From an uncultured Eubacteriales bacterium (GTDB taxonomy: Bacteria > Bacillota > Clostridia > Christensenellales > CAG-138), in assembly GCA_900318765.1 (NCBI GenBank), contig ONLX01000122.1:1-63307 (forward strand): 63,307 nucleotides of DNA, written 5' to 3'. Of the stretch, positions 1 through 9,124 are shown one piece after another (the first letter of the stretch is position 1; each line of letters begins with the position of its first letter). The translations under genes were made by a program, and so were the position numbers. Below the pieces are notes generated by a model. That model ran no database searches. It saw only the letters and a list, made by a program, of their open reading frames with translations, and had not been told where the DNA came from.

Positions 1-626
1 TCGTTCACACGATAGCAGGTTCCCGGAACATTCCGGATTTCCCGAACGGGAATGCCTGCATCCAGTGCTTCGGCCAACGCGACGATGCTCCGCTCTCCCA
101 TGCCGTACATCAGAATGTCCGCTCCGGAATCGTACAGGATCGAATGCCGAACGCGATCGTCCCAGTAATCATAATGGGCAAATCTTCTTAGGCTTGCTTC
201 AATGCCGCCGATCAGCACCGGCACATGCGGATACGCTTCCCGGCAGCGGTTGCCGTACACGATCACCGCGCGATCCGGGCGCGCGCCGGCCTTTCCTCCC
301 GGCGTATAGGAATCGTCCGTCCTGCGGCGCTTCGCGACGGTATAATGGTTCACCATCGAATCGATGTTTCCCGAAGAGACCAAAAACGCAAGTCTTGGCT
401 TGCCGAGCGCGCGGAACGCTTCAACGTCATGCCAATCCGGCTGTGCAATAATGCCGACCGTGAACCCATGCGCCTGCAGCGTCCGGGCAATGATTGCCGC
501 ACCGAATGACGGATGATCGATGTACGCGTCTCCGTTGATATAAACAAAATCAAGCCCTTCGAATCCGAGGGCTTTGCATTCCGCCATGGACATCGGCGGC
601 ATCGTTGTGATCGGTTTACGTTTCAT
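1..626 (-). CDS. YgiQ-family (UPF0313) radical SAM protein, N-terminal part; the gene runs off the left edge
   Basis: Own translation of the minus strand from ATG (626-624): [65 protein letters not shown]... The frame stays open to the window edge. It is absent from the ORF track because it has no in-window stop. The GDAYxDHPSFG N-terminus is typical of YgiQ proteins. Confidence 0.8.
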   Translation of the reverse strand, partial: MKRKPITTMPPMSMAECKALGFEGLDFVYINGDAYIDHPSFGAAIIARTLQAHGFTVGIIAQPDWHDVEAFRALGKPRLAFLVSSGNIDSMVNHYTVAKRRRTDDSYTPGGKAGARPDRAVIVYGNRCREAYPHVPVLIGGIEASLRRFAHYDYWDDRVRHSILYDSGADILMYGMGERSIVALAEALDAGIPVREIRNVPGTCYRVN

Positions 627-900
627 CTCCGTTGGAAGCGGCGAGCCGGTGACGACCGGTCGTACCGTAGAACGAACCCGGCGATACCGGACCGACGATG
701 ATATCCTTGACATCCGCCAATGGATCCGGAGCGAGCTGTGCCGAAAGATATTCGATCGTCGTCGCCATCTCGAGCCGTTCCTGTTCCATCTGCTTCAGCT
801 GCGCGATCAATTCATCCAGATACCGGTCAACTTCTTCGCAGTCGTACCCGTATAAGGATCGCCGGAATTCTTTCGTCGCAATGTTCTCCGCCTTAATCAT
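616..900 (-). CDS. short DivIVA-domain protein
   Basis: 94 aa. The N-terminus [22 protein letters not shown] matches the DivIVA N-terminal lipid-binding/coiled-coil motif. It lies directly downstream of sepF, as at the end of Firmicute dcw clusters. Confidence 0.75.
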   Translation of the reverse strand: MIKAENIATKEFRRSLYGYDCEEVDRYLDELIAQLKQMEQERLEMATTIEYLSAQLAPDPLADVKDIIVGPVSPGSFYGTTGRHRLAASNGDET

Positions 901-908
901 AACGCTGA

Positions 909-1346
909 TCAGAAATCGGTATAGTTGTTCTCACCGTTATCGACGACGTTGCAGTTTTTCGGCGCGACCAAAAAGATCCCGCGCGAAATCTTGCTGATCG
1001 ATCCGTCCAGCGCATAGACCGCGCCGAGCAAAAAGTCCAGCACGCGCTGCGCGGTTGCGCCGTCCAGCTCTTCCATGTTCACGATAATCGGTTTGGAGCT
1101 CTTGAGGTTGTCCGCAATGCTCTGGGCATCATCGTACACCACGGGGTGGAAGACGACCATCTTCATATCCGACGGAATATCCCGCGGGGTGATTCCCTCA
1201 CCGACGGCTGCGGGCCGCGTCGCCTCCCTGCGCTGTTTCGGACGGGGCGCCGCCTTCGGAGCTTGCTGAGGCTGTTGTGCCTCTTCCTCCATCAGTTCTT
1301 CGTCATCCGCATCTTCTAAACCGATAAAACTTAAAAACCTACCCAT
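909..1346 (-). CDS. sepF: cell division protein SepF
   Basis: Start moved to the internal ATG 1346 (MGRFLSFIGL...), which has SD GGGAGGA 8 nt upstream. Acidic/Pro-rich linker, then the conserved core VVFHPVVYDDAQSIADNLKSSKPIIVNMEELD...GSISKISRGIFLVAP. Confidence 0.85.
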   Translation of the reverse strand: MGRFLSFIGLEDADDEELMEEEAQQPQQAPKAAPRPKQRREATRPAAVGEGITPRDIPSDMKMVVFHPVVYDDAQSIADNLKSSKPIIVNMEELDGATAQRVLDFLLGAVYALDGSISKISRGIFLVAPKNCNVVDNGENNYTDF

Positions 1347-2040
1347 TGTGTGTTCCTCCCTGAATGGTTCTCGCGCCGAAAATGGCTGTGCCGACGCGTA
1401 CAATCGTCGCGCCTTCCTCAATCGCGATCGGATAGTCATGGCTCATGCCCATGGACAGCGTATCGACCGACGGAACGGACCTTCTAAGCTGTTCAAACAG
1501 CATGCGCATCTGCCGGAAATACGGACGCGCACTTTCCGGCTCGCCCGCCGGCGGAACGCACATCAATCCGCACAGTCGCACGCCCTTTTTGGCGCAGGCG
1601 CTCTCGGCGTATCGCATCAGATCCTCCGGCGCGAACCCGCCCTTCTGCGGTTCTCTGCCGATATTGACCTCGAACAGGATTCGCTGTTCCGTCCCTTGCG
1701 CTGCAGCACGGTTTGCAATTGCCTCAAGCAAGGGCATCCGATCGACCGACTGAATCATGTCGGCATTGCCACAGATGTATTTTACCTTGTTCGTTTGCAA
1801 TTGTCCAATAAAATGAGCCTCTAAATTGCGCTGTTTATAAAAAGTTAACTTTTCCGTGAACTCCTGCGCACGATTTTCCCCGATGAGTGTAATCCCTGCA
1901 TCCACCGCTTCGGCAATTCGATCGGTCGAAACAAACTTCGTTACCGCCATCAGGCGCACTTCGGATTCCGATCTTCCCGAACGTTCCAGCGCACGCCGCA
2001 TCGTTTCACGCACAACTTCCACGTTTTCCGCAATCGTCAT
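1339..2040 (-). CDS. yggS: YggS/YlmE-family PLP-binding protein
   Basis: 233 aa. Contains MAVTKFV (the PLP lysine context) and GENRAQE...HFIGQLQTNKVKY, both typical of the YggS family. Sits in the dcw-cluster position upstream of sepF. Confidence 0.85.
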   Translation of the reverse strand: MTIAENVEVVRETMRRALERSGRSESEVRLMAVTKFVSTDRIAEAVDAGITLIGENRAQEFTEKLTFYKQRNLEAHFIGQLQTNKVKYICGNADMIQSVDRMPLLEAIANRAAAQGTEQRILFEVNIGREPQKGGFAPEDLMRYAESACAKKGVRLCGLMCVPPAGEPESARPYFRQMRMLFEQLRRSVPSVDTLSMGMSHDYPIAIEEGATIVRVGTAIFGARTIQGGTHNG

Positions 2041-3263
2041 CAGTCATCGTCCTCCTCAATCGGCATCCGGTAGCGAAGGCCCGAGAACAGCGTGAGCTTT
2101 TCGTCACGTGCGGAGATCACCGCGTCCTCTCCGTCCGATCCCGCGATGTACACCGCAATCGGCGTATACCCATAGTCTGACTTGATATACACATAGGGAA
2201 CGCCGCCCGAATACTGAATATACTTGACGGGAACCGTAAGCCCCGACGCGACGTTCTGCACCGAGATGTCCACGACGCGCGCGTCCAGCAGCGGTTTCAC
2301 ATCCGCGGCAACCGACAAAACGTACAGAATACCGTTTGATGCGTCCTTTTCGGATACGACCGTTCCCATAAACGCGCCTTCGATTCCCTTGATGGTAAAG
2401 GGATAGGTCATGCCCGGCATCAGGCGCTTGCTCAGATCCGCCGTACTCGTCGTGCTCGCAACGAACGCAAGATAGAACATGCTGCGATCGGTAACAATCC
2501 GATACGAGAAGTTTTCCGAATCCGCCGCAAACGAGGTGGAGGACATGATGCGCTTCACCTGCGAAACGGTCAGCTGCGATACATCGCGCAGCGGTTCCTC
2601 ATTGGAATCCGTATAAAAGCTGATGTACCCATTGTATCCGCTTTTCAGCGTGCGTGCCATGTTCGTTTCAAACGAAGAGTACTGCGCATCGAGCGCCCGG
2701 ATTTCCGCGGCAAGCGTTGACGCGTCGGACAGCTGTGACACCATCAGATCGCGGCGCTCCATCAGCAGCGCAAGCAGCTCCGTCTCAAGATCCGCATAGG
2801 ATTCATTCGATTCTCCGTTCGACGCCGCGCGCATCTGCCCGCCGAGATAGGCGATCCGATCATTGAGGCTGACAACCGTAGCCGGCAGCACGCCGCCGCT
2901 CAATGTTTTCAACTGCAGTTCCAGTTTTGCGTAAAGTTCCGTCTCCTTGGACGTGATTGTGGCAAGCGCGGTTTCATATCCGTACGGATACAGAACCGCA
3001 ACGTCATCGCCCTCCTGCACATAGACGCCGCTTTTGGCAATGATTTTCGCGTCGCTTGCGGACTCGGAGATCGATTGCTCGGTCCGGATCACGACCGCCT
3101 TCGTTTCGATCTCGGAATAGATCTGATTCACCGTCATGCGGCGCACATGACCGGTCAGATTTTGCAGCACTACAACAACCCCGATGACGATCGCGACGAG
3201 CAGCGCCACGCCGAGCACCGAGAACAGATAAAACCGTCTGCTGAGTTTCAAACTGCGTTCCAT
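2040..3263 (-). CDS. membrane-anchored HlyD/membrane-fusion-like protein (function unknown)
   Basis: 407 aa. One N-terminal TM (FYLFSVLGVALLVAIVIGVVVVL), a lipoyl/barrel-sandwich-like segment (AKSGVYVQEGDDVAVLYP), a long helical middle and a beta-rich C-terminus. SD AGAGGA upstream. The stop overlaps the yggS start. Confidence 0.45.
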   Translation of the reverse strand: MERSLKLSRRFYLFSVLGVALLVAIVIGVVVVLQNLTGHVRRMTVNQIYSEIETKAVVIRTEQSISESASDAKIIAKSGVYVQEGDDVAVLYPYGYETALATITSKETELYAKLELQLKTLSGGVLPATVVSLNDRIAYLGGQMRAASNGESNESYADLETELLALLMERRDLMVSQLSDASTLAAEIRALDAQYSSFETNMARTLKSGYNGYISFYTDSNEEPLRDVSQLTVSQVKRIMSSTSFAADSENFSYRIVTDRSMFYLAFVASTTSTADLSKRLMPGMTYPFTIKGIEGAFMGTVVSEKDASNGILYVLSVAADVKPLLDARVVDISVQNVASGLTVPVKYIQYSGGVPYVYIKSDYGYTPIAVYIAGSDGEDAVISARDEKLTLFSGLRYRMPIEEDDD

Positions 3264-3278
3264 GTCGAATTATCCTCT

Positions 3279-4565
3279 TTATCGGGAAGGAATCGTCCTT
3301 CCGCTCCATGCCTCCGTCTGTTTTCGCATCGGCTCCTGTACCTTCGCCAGTCTGCCGACTGCGGCAAGCGTGAAGGAATCCCGCGTCAAAACCTTCGGAA
3401 TCAACGCGTTCACATCATCGATCGTGACCGACTCGATCCGTGCAAGCGTCTCGTTGAGATCATACCGTTCTCCGATCAGAAGTGCGGTCTTGCCGATCGC
3501 GTTCATGTGCGCCGCCGGGGATTCCATGCTCAAAACGTAGCTGCCCTTAAGCTGCTGTTTGCAGCGTCGGAATTCCTCTTCGGTCACGCCGTGCGCCAAC
3601 AGATCATCGAGTTCTGCAAGCATCAGCCGCAGCGCTTCCTTCGCCTGCTTTTCGGTGCTGCCCACATACAGGCAAAGGGAACCGATTCCTCGGTAGGACA
3701 TCGGGAACGAATATACCGAATAGCAGAGCCCCCGTTCTTCCCGGATGTGCTGAAATAGGCGCGAGCTCATATTGCCGCCGAGGATGTTGGACAATACGGA
3801 CAGCGTAAAGGAATCCTTTGTCCAGATCGGGGCTCCGGGAAACTCCAGAACCATATGCACCTGTTCTATGTCCTTTTCGGCAAACGTCGCTACAGCGCCG
3901 CGCTCCGGTGCATACGCCGGAACAGCCCTGCGCTCACCGTGCCGGACCGACGCGAACCGCCGCTCCAGCTCCTCCATGAGTTTTGCCTCGTCGTATTTTC
4001 CCGCCACGGCGATTACAATGTTTTCCGCCGTATAATGCGCATCCATATAGGCGCGCAAATCCCCGGCATACAGGTTCGAAACCGTTTCCGCAGTTCCTAA
4101 AATTTCACGCGAAAGCGCAGTCCCGCGGTAAAAGGATTCGGAAGCGCGGTCGAACACATAGTCCTCCGGGCTGTCCAACGTCATGGCAATCTCTTCCAAA
4201 ACAACGTCCTTTTCCCGCGCAAGCTCCTCCGGATCAAGCGTGCTGTTCAGTGCCAGATCCGCTAAGATATCCACGCAAAGCGGCATATCCTCATCCAGTG
4301 CTTTGACATGAAAACAGGTGCATTCCTTCGCCGTAAACGCATTCAGATTCGCGCCGATCGCATCCATTTCCATGGAGATTTCGGCAGCGCTGCGGTGCGT
4401 TGTTCCCTTGAACACCATGTGTTCAATGAAATGCGAAACGCCGGAATTGCGCTTCGATTCAAAGACGGATCCGGCATTCACCCAGACACCGAGCGAAATC
4501 GAACGCATCTGCGGCATCGGCTCAAGCGCGACGCGAATTCCGGTTGACAGTTCGCGAAAGGTCAT
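3279..4565 (-). CDS. M16-family (pitrilysin/insulinase-like) zinc peptidase
   Basis: 428 aa. Inverted zinc motif HFIEH followed by a downstream E (GVSHFIEHMVFKGT...). SD AAAGGAGAA. Lies downstream of pnp, like mlpA/ymxG in Bacillus. Confidence 0.85.
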   Translation of the reverse strand: MTFRELSTGIRVALEPMPQMRSISLGVWVNAGSVFESKRNSGVSHFIEHMVFKGTTHRSAAEISMEMDAIGANLNAFTAKECTCFHVKALDEDMPLCVDILADLALNSTLDPEELAREKDVVLEEIAMTLDSPEDYVFDRASESFYRGTALSREILGTAETVSNLYAGDLRAYMDAHYTAENIVIAVAGKYDEAKLMEELERRFASVRHGERRAVPAYAPERGAVATFAEKDIEQVHMVLEFPGAPIWTKDSFTLSVLSNILGGNMSSRLFQHIREERGLCYSVYSFPMSYRGIGSLCLYVGSTEKQAKEALRLMLAELDDLLAHGVTEEEFRRCKQQLKGSYVLSMESPAAHMNAIGKTALLIGERYDLNETLARIESVTIDDVNALIPKVLTRDSFTLAAVGRLAKVQEPMRKQTEAWSGRTIPSR

Positions 4566-4710
4566 AATTTTCTCCTTTGCAGTACAATATTGCCCCTGCC
4601 CGAACGCTCAGCCGATGGCGCGCTGCGCTCCGGGAAAACGCCCGTCGCCTGTAAAAGCGCACAGAGGGACAAAGGTCACCCCCTGCCCCTCCGTTTTCCA
4701 TTGAAAAAGC

Positions 4711-6816
4711 TTACTCCTCGTCCTTCTTCTCTTCGGGCAGGAGATCTTTCCGCGTCAGGCTGATCTTGCCGGTCTTCTGGTCGATATCAATGACACGAAC
4801 CAGAACCTGGTCGCCGAGATTCATGACGTCTTCCACCTTGTTCACGCGCGTCTTGGCCATGCGCGAGATGTGCAGCAGACCGTCCTTACCGGGCGTGAGG
4901 TTGATGAATGCGCCGAACTCCTTGATGCCGACAACTTTTCCGAGATACACATCGCCGACTTCGATATCCTTAACGATCCCATCGATGATGCGCTTGGCTT
5001 CCGCCGCTGCCGCCTCGTCGGGGGATGCGATCATGACGGTACCGTCATCCTCGATATCGATCTTGACGCCGGTCTGCGCGATAATGCCGTTGATCGTCTT
5101 GCCGCCGCTTCCGATGACCTCACGGATCTTATCCGGATGGATCTTGAAGCTGATGATGCGCGGCGCGTACGGGGAAAGCTCCGGACGCGGCTCGGAGATC
5201 GTCTCCGCCATCTTGTCCAGAATGAACAAGCGGCCTCTTCTTGCCTGTGCGAGCGCACGGGTCAGGATTTCGCGATCAATGCCCTTGATCTTGATATCCA
5301 TCTGGATTGCCGTGATGCCGTCCCGCGTGCCGGCAACCTTGAAGTCCATATCACCGAGGAAGTCCTCGAGGCCCTGAATGTCGGTCAGAACAGAGATGTT
5401 GCCGGTTTCCGTATCCTTGATGAGACCCATCGCAACGCCTGCGACCGGCTTCTTGATCGGAACGCCCGCATCCATCAGCGCCATCGTGCTTGCGCAGATG
5501 GACGCCTGCGAAGTCGAACCGTTCGAGCTGATGACCTCGGAAACGAGGCGCATGCAATACGGGAATTCTTCTTCGCTCGGAAGCACCGGCAGGAGCGCAC
5601 GCTCGGCAAGCGCGCCGTGACCGATTTCGCGGCGACCGGGGCTGCGTACAGGACGCGTCTCGCCGGTCGAATACGGCGGCATGTTGTACTGGTGCATATA
5701 GCGCTTGCTTTCCTCGAGCGTCAGCCCGTCGAGCGCCTGCGCTTCGGAAATCGTGCCGAGCGTCGCAATCGTCATGACCTGAGTCTGGCCGCGCGTGAAT
5801 ACCGCGGAGCCATGCGGACGCTCCAGAATGCCGACCTCGCTCCAGATCGGGCGAATCTCTTCCAAAGCACGTCCGTCGGGACGGATCTTATCGTTCGTGA
5901 TCTTGGAACGCATTACTTCCTTCGTCATCTGATACAGGATCGCATCGACGTCCTTCGCAACTGCAGGATCCTCCGCCGCAAATTCTGCGATCGTTTCCGC
6001 CTTGACCTGCTCGGTGCGCACTTCGCGCTCATGCCGATCAAACGTATCCATCTGCCAGCGAACCTTATCGATCGCCCATGCACGGACCTTCTCCTCAAGC
6101 TCGGGATCTGCATGATGGATATTGACTTCCATCTTCGGCTTGCCGATTTCCGCCTGAATCTCTGCGATAAACGCAACGATCTTCTTGATTTCTTCGTGCG
6201 CGAACAGGATTGCGCCGAGCATCTCCTCCTCGGAGACCTCGTTCGCACCCGCTTCGACCATCATAACCGCTTCGCTCGTTCCGGCTACGGTCAGCGACAG
6301 GCAGCTCTTTTCCCGCTGCGCAAGGTTCGGGTTCAGGATGTATTCCCCGTCGATCATACCGACTGCAACGGCGCCCGTCGGTCCCATGAACGGTGCGTTC
6401 GAGATCGACAGCGCGATCGAAGAACCGATCATGCCGAGGATTTCCGGCTGCACGTCCTGCTCAACGGACAGAACGGTCGCAATCACCTGTACGTCGTTAT
6501 AAAATCCCTTCGGGAACAGCGGACGAAGCGGACGATCGATCAAACGGCAGGTCAGGATCGCCTTCTCGGTCGGGCGACCTTCGCGCTTGATGAAGCCGCC
6601 GGGGATCTTGCCGACTGCATACAGTTTCTCTTCATACTCGATGGAAAGCGGCAGAAAGTCAACGCCGTCACGCGGGGCCTTCGCCACCGTTGCGTTGACC
6701 ATGACCGCCGTACCGCCGCAGCGAACGAGGCAGTTGCCCCCCGCCTGCTCGGCATACTTACCGGTTTCGACGATCAGTTCACGATCGCCGATCATGGTTC
6801 TGAATACTCTTTGCAT
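4711..6816 (-). CDS. pnp: polynucleotide phosphorylase (PNPase)
   Basis: 701 aa. Two RNase PH-like halves, then KH ([15 protein letters not shown]) and S1 ([20 protein letters not shown]) domains. Conserved rpsO-pnp synteny. Confidence 0.97.
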   Translation of the reverse strand: MQRVFRTMIGDRELIVETGKYAEQAGGNCLVRCGGTAVMVNATVAKAPRDGVDFLPLSIEYEEKLYAVGKIPGGFIKREGRPTEKAILTCRLIDRPLRPLFPKGFYNDVQVIATVLSVEQDVQPEILGMIGSSIALSISNAPFMGPTGAVAVGMIDGEYILNPNLAQREKSCLSLTVAGTSEAVMMVEAGANEVSEEEMLGAILFAHEEIKKIVAFIAEIQAEIGKPKMEVNIHHADPELEEKVRAWAIDKVRWQMDTFDRHEREVRTEQVKAETIAEFAAEDPAVAKDVDAILYQMTKEVMRSKITNDKIRPDGRALEEIRPIWSEVGILERPHGSAVFTRGQTQVMTIATLGTISEAQALDGLTLEESKRYMHQYNMPPYSTGETRPVRSPGRREIGHGALAERALLPVLPSEEEFPYCMRLVSEVISSNGSTSQASICASTMALMDAGVPIKKPVAGVAMGLIKDTETGNISVLTDIQGLEDFLGDMDFKVAGTRDGITAIQMDIKIKGIDREILTRALAQARRGRLFILDKMAETISEPRPELSPYAPRIISFKIHPDKIREVIGSGGKTINGIIAQTGVKIDIEDDGTVMIASPDEAAAAEAKRIIDGIVKDIEVGDVYLGKVVGIKEFGAFINLTPGKDGLLHISRMAKTRVNKVEDVMNLGDQVLVRVIDIDQKTGKISLTRKDLLPEEKKDEE

Positions 6817-6872
6817 TTCTTTTTTACCCTCTTTATCTCTATTTTATGAATGCCGTAGAAAGAGCGAAACAG

Positions 6873-6903
6873 CAAAAAGATAAGCGGGGAGAAGCCCCCG
6901 CTT
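6873..6903 (-). terminator. intrinsic terminator/attenuator between rpsO and pnp
   Basis: 8-bp GC-rich stem (6882-6889 pairs with 6896-6903) and a 6-nt loop. On the minus strand it is followed by AUCUUUUUG. Confidence 0.75.
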
Positions 6904-6910
6904 TTGCTCG

Positions 6911-7165
6911 TTACTTTCTGAGATTCAAAGCAGCGACGATCGCTCTGTAACGCTCGATGTCCTTCTCTTTCAGATAGTTGAGAAGGCCGCGACGCTTACC
7001 GACCATCTTCAAAAGGCCGCGACGGCTGTGATGATCCTTCATGTTCAGCTTCAGATGCTCGTTGAGGTGGTTGATGCGCTCGGTCAACAGAGCGATCTGA
7101 ACCTCGGGAGAACCCGTGTCGCCTTCATGCGTTGCGTACGTTGCGATAATTTCCTGTTTCGTCAT
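6911..7165 (-). CDS. rpsO: 30S ribosomal protein S15
   Basis: 84 aa with [25 protein letters not shown]...[29 protein letters not shown]. Confidence 0.97.
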   Translation of the reverse strand: MTKQEIIATYATHEGDTGSPEVQIALLTERINHLNEHLKLNMKDHHSRRGLLKMVGKRRGLLNYLKEKDIERYRAIVAALNLRK

Positions 7166-7258
7166 TATGGTTTCCTCCGTTTTTTTCTGATCCCCGCAAA
7201 CTGCGTCGCGCGTCGGAGTTGTCGCATCAACCCGGCCTGCGGATGAATTCGAATTATC

Positions 7259-8176
7259 TTACCACACTTTTATCGTGTTGTAAACACTTTTTTCCGTTTC
7301 TTCAAAAACTTTTTTCGCGTCCGCAGCGTCTTTCGCAATCCGTTCTTTCAATGCGTCGATCGAGGCAAACCGTTGCTCCTCCCGCAGCCGTTTCAAAAAC
7401 AGCACGGTCGCTTCCCGGCCGTACAAATCCATCGATTCATCCATCAGATGGGTTTCCAGCGTGCGCATCGTTCCGCCGACCGTGGGATTGCAGCCGATAT
7501 TCGTCACCGCGCCGTACAGCGTCTTTCCGATCAGAAGTGCCGAAGCATAAACGCCGTCTTTGGGCAAAAGCTGCTGCCCGGGATCGACATTCGCGGTCGG
7601 AAACCCGATTCGCCGCCCGATTGCCTTATGATGCACGACGCGTCCCGTTATCGCGTACGGTCGGTCAAGCATTGCGTTCGCCGTCACGAGATCGCCGTTT
7701 TTCAAGGCTTCGCGTACACGTGTCGACGAGCACGGTATCCCGGCGTAGCAGACCGGATCGAGAATCTCCGTTTCAAAGCCATACTGCTTTCCGAACGCTT
7801 TCATCTGTTCTCCGGTGCCCGACGCGCCGGCGCCGAAACGGTAATCGTAGCCGCAGACGATCGCCAAAACACGTCCGTCATACCGTTTCAGAAGCCACTG
7901 CACAAACGCCTCCGGCGGGATGGCGGCAAACAGCTTTGTAAAAGCAACCGTATCGACTCCGTCGATGCCGAGGCTGCCGATCAGCGTTTCCTTGAGCCGC
8001 GGCGTGCAGAGGTAGTCCGCCGAACCGGTGAATACCTCGCGCGGATGATTCGAAAACGTGAACGCTACCGCAAGATCGCCGTTTTCGTGCGCAATCGAAG
8101 CAGCGCGCTCGAGCAGTGCGCGATGCCCGAGATGCACCCCGTCAAACATACCGAGTGCGATCACCGTCCGATTCAT
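7259..8176 (-). CDS. ribF: bifunctional riboflavin kinase / FMN adenylyltransferase
   Basis: 305 aa. N-terminal GMFDGVHLGH nucleotidyltransferase motif and C-terminal kinase motif GFPTANV. SD GGGGAGGA. Confidence 0.93.
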   Translation of the reverse strand: MNRTVIALGMFDGVHLGHRALLERAASIAHENGDLAVAFTFSNHPREVFTGSADYLCTPRLKETLIGSLGIDGVDTVAFTKLFAAIPPEAFVQWLLKRYDGRVLAIVCGYDYRFGAGASGTGEQMKAFGKQYGFETEILDPVCYAGIPCSSTRVREALKNGDLVTANAMLDRPYAITGRVVHHKAIGRRIGFPTANVDPGQQLLPKDGVYASALLIGKTLYGAVTNIGCNPTVGGTMRTLETHLMDESMDLYGREATVLFLKRLREEQRFASIDALKERIAKDAADAKKVFEETEKSVYNTIKVW

Positions 8177-8197
8177 ACGTCCTCCCCCGGCACCGCT

Positions 8198-9097
8198 TTA
8201 CAGCAGCGCCTTTGCAAATTCGTCTGCGTCGAACCTCTGCAGATCCTCGATCCCTTCGCCGACGCCGATAAAGCGCACCGGAACATTCAGCGTGTCGTGA
8301 ATCTGGACGGTGACGCCGCCCTTGGCTGTCCCGTCAAGCTTGGTCAGAACGACACCCGTCAGCTCACAAACTTCCAGGAACGCCTTTGCCTGTGCCGTCG
8401 CGTTCTGGCCGGTCGTCGCATCGAGCACCAACAGCACCTCGCACGGCGTATCCGGAAGTTCGCGCGCGATCACGCGGCGAATCTTATTCAGTTCGTTCAT
8501 CAGGTTCTTCTTGTTATGCAGTCTGCCCGCGGTATCAACCAGCAGAAGGTCGCAGTCCTTCGCGCGGTAGGATGCGATCGCATCAAACACGACCGCCGCC
8601 GGATCGGACCCTTCACCGTGCCGCACCATCGGGCAGCCGGACCGATTCGCCCATTCCCCGAGCTGTTCCGCTGCGGCCGCGCGGAAGGTATCCGCCGCCG
8701 CGATCATCGGCTTTCTGCCGCGTTCCTTGTACAGATGCGCAAGCTTGCCGATCGTCGTCGTCTTTCCGACGCCGTTCACACCGACGATCAGGACAACGCA
8801 GGCTTCCTTATCCGCCCGGAAGTCCGTATTATGACGCATGGTATCCGCAATCAGGGCAGCAAGCGTCGTCTTCGCCTCATCGCGTGATGACAGCTTTTCC
8901 TGCCGCACCTTGTCTTTTAATGCATCCAACAGCTTTTCGGCGGTCTCCATGCCCATATCGGCAAGGATCATAGCCTCTTCCAGTTCGTCGTAGAACGCAT
9001 CGTTGATCCGCTCCCCGCCAAACAATCCCGCAAACCAGTTGTTCGTCTTTCCGAGGCCTTCTTTTAATCTGGTAAACCAACTTTTTTTCTGTTCCAT
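8198..9097 (-). CDS. ftsY: signal recognition particle receptor FtsY
   Basis: 299 aa. SRP-type GTPase with GVNGVGKTTTIGKLA, DTAGRLHNK and TKLDGTAKGG motifs. Confidence 0.95.
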   Translation of the reverse strand: MEQKKSWFTRLKEGLGKTNNWFAGLFGGERINDAFYDELEEAMILADMGMETAEKLLDALKDKVRQEKLSSRDEAKTTLAALIADTMRHNTDFRADKEACVVLIVGVNGVGKTTTIGKLAHLYKERGRKPMIAAADTFRAAAAEQLGEWANRSGCPMVRHGEGSDPAAVVFDAIASYRAKDCDLLLVDTAGRLHNKKNLMNELNKIRRVIARELPDTPCEVLLVLDATTGQNATAQAKAFLEVCELTGVVLTKLDGTAKGGVTVQIHDTLNVPVRFIGVGEGIEDLQRFDADEFAKALL

Positions 9098-9124
9098 AAC
9101 GTATCCTCCGATACCGGAATTTGA

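Noticed and set aside
4566-4710. 145-nt spacer after pnp, checked for a terminator or an sRNA.
   Set aside because: Only imperfect GC-rich pairings are present (GGAGGGGCAGGGGG.../...CCCUCUG) with no U-tract, and there are no promoter-like hexamers. The evidence is insufficient for any call.
4870-6849. 659-aa ORF on the plus strand opposite pnp. Similar long antisense ORFs occur at 7373-8887, 9218-10699, 15937-17937, 18223-19635, 20222-21328, 36106-37491, 37575-38657, 47134-48474, 55473-56621 and 61830-62858.
   Set aside because: These are shadow ORFs typical of GC-rich DNA. Their translations are Arg/Ala/Gly/Pro-rich low-complexity strings with no motifs. Each lies fully opposite a gene with unmistakable conserved motifs and proper SD sequences.
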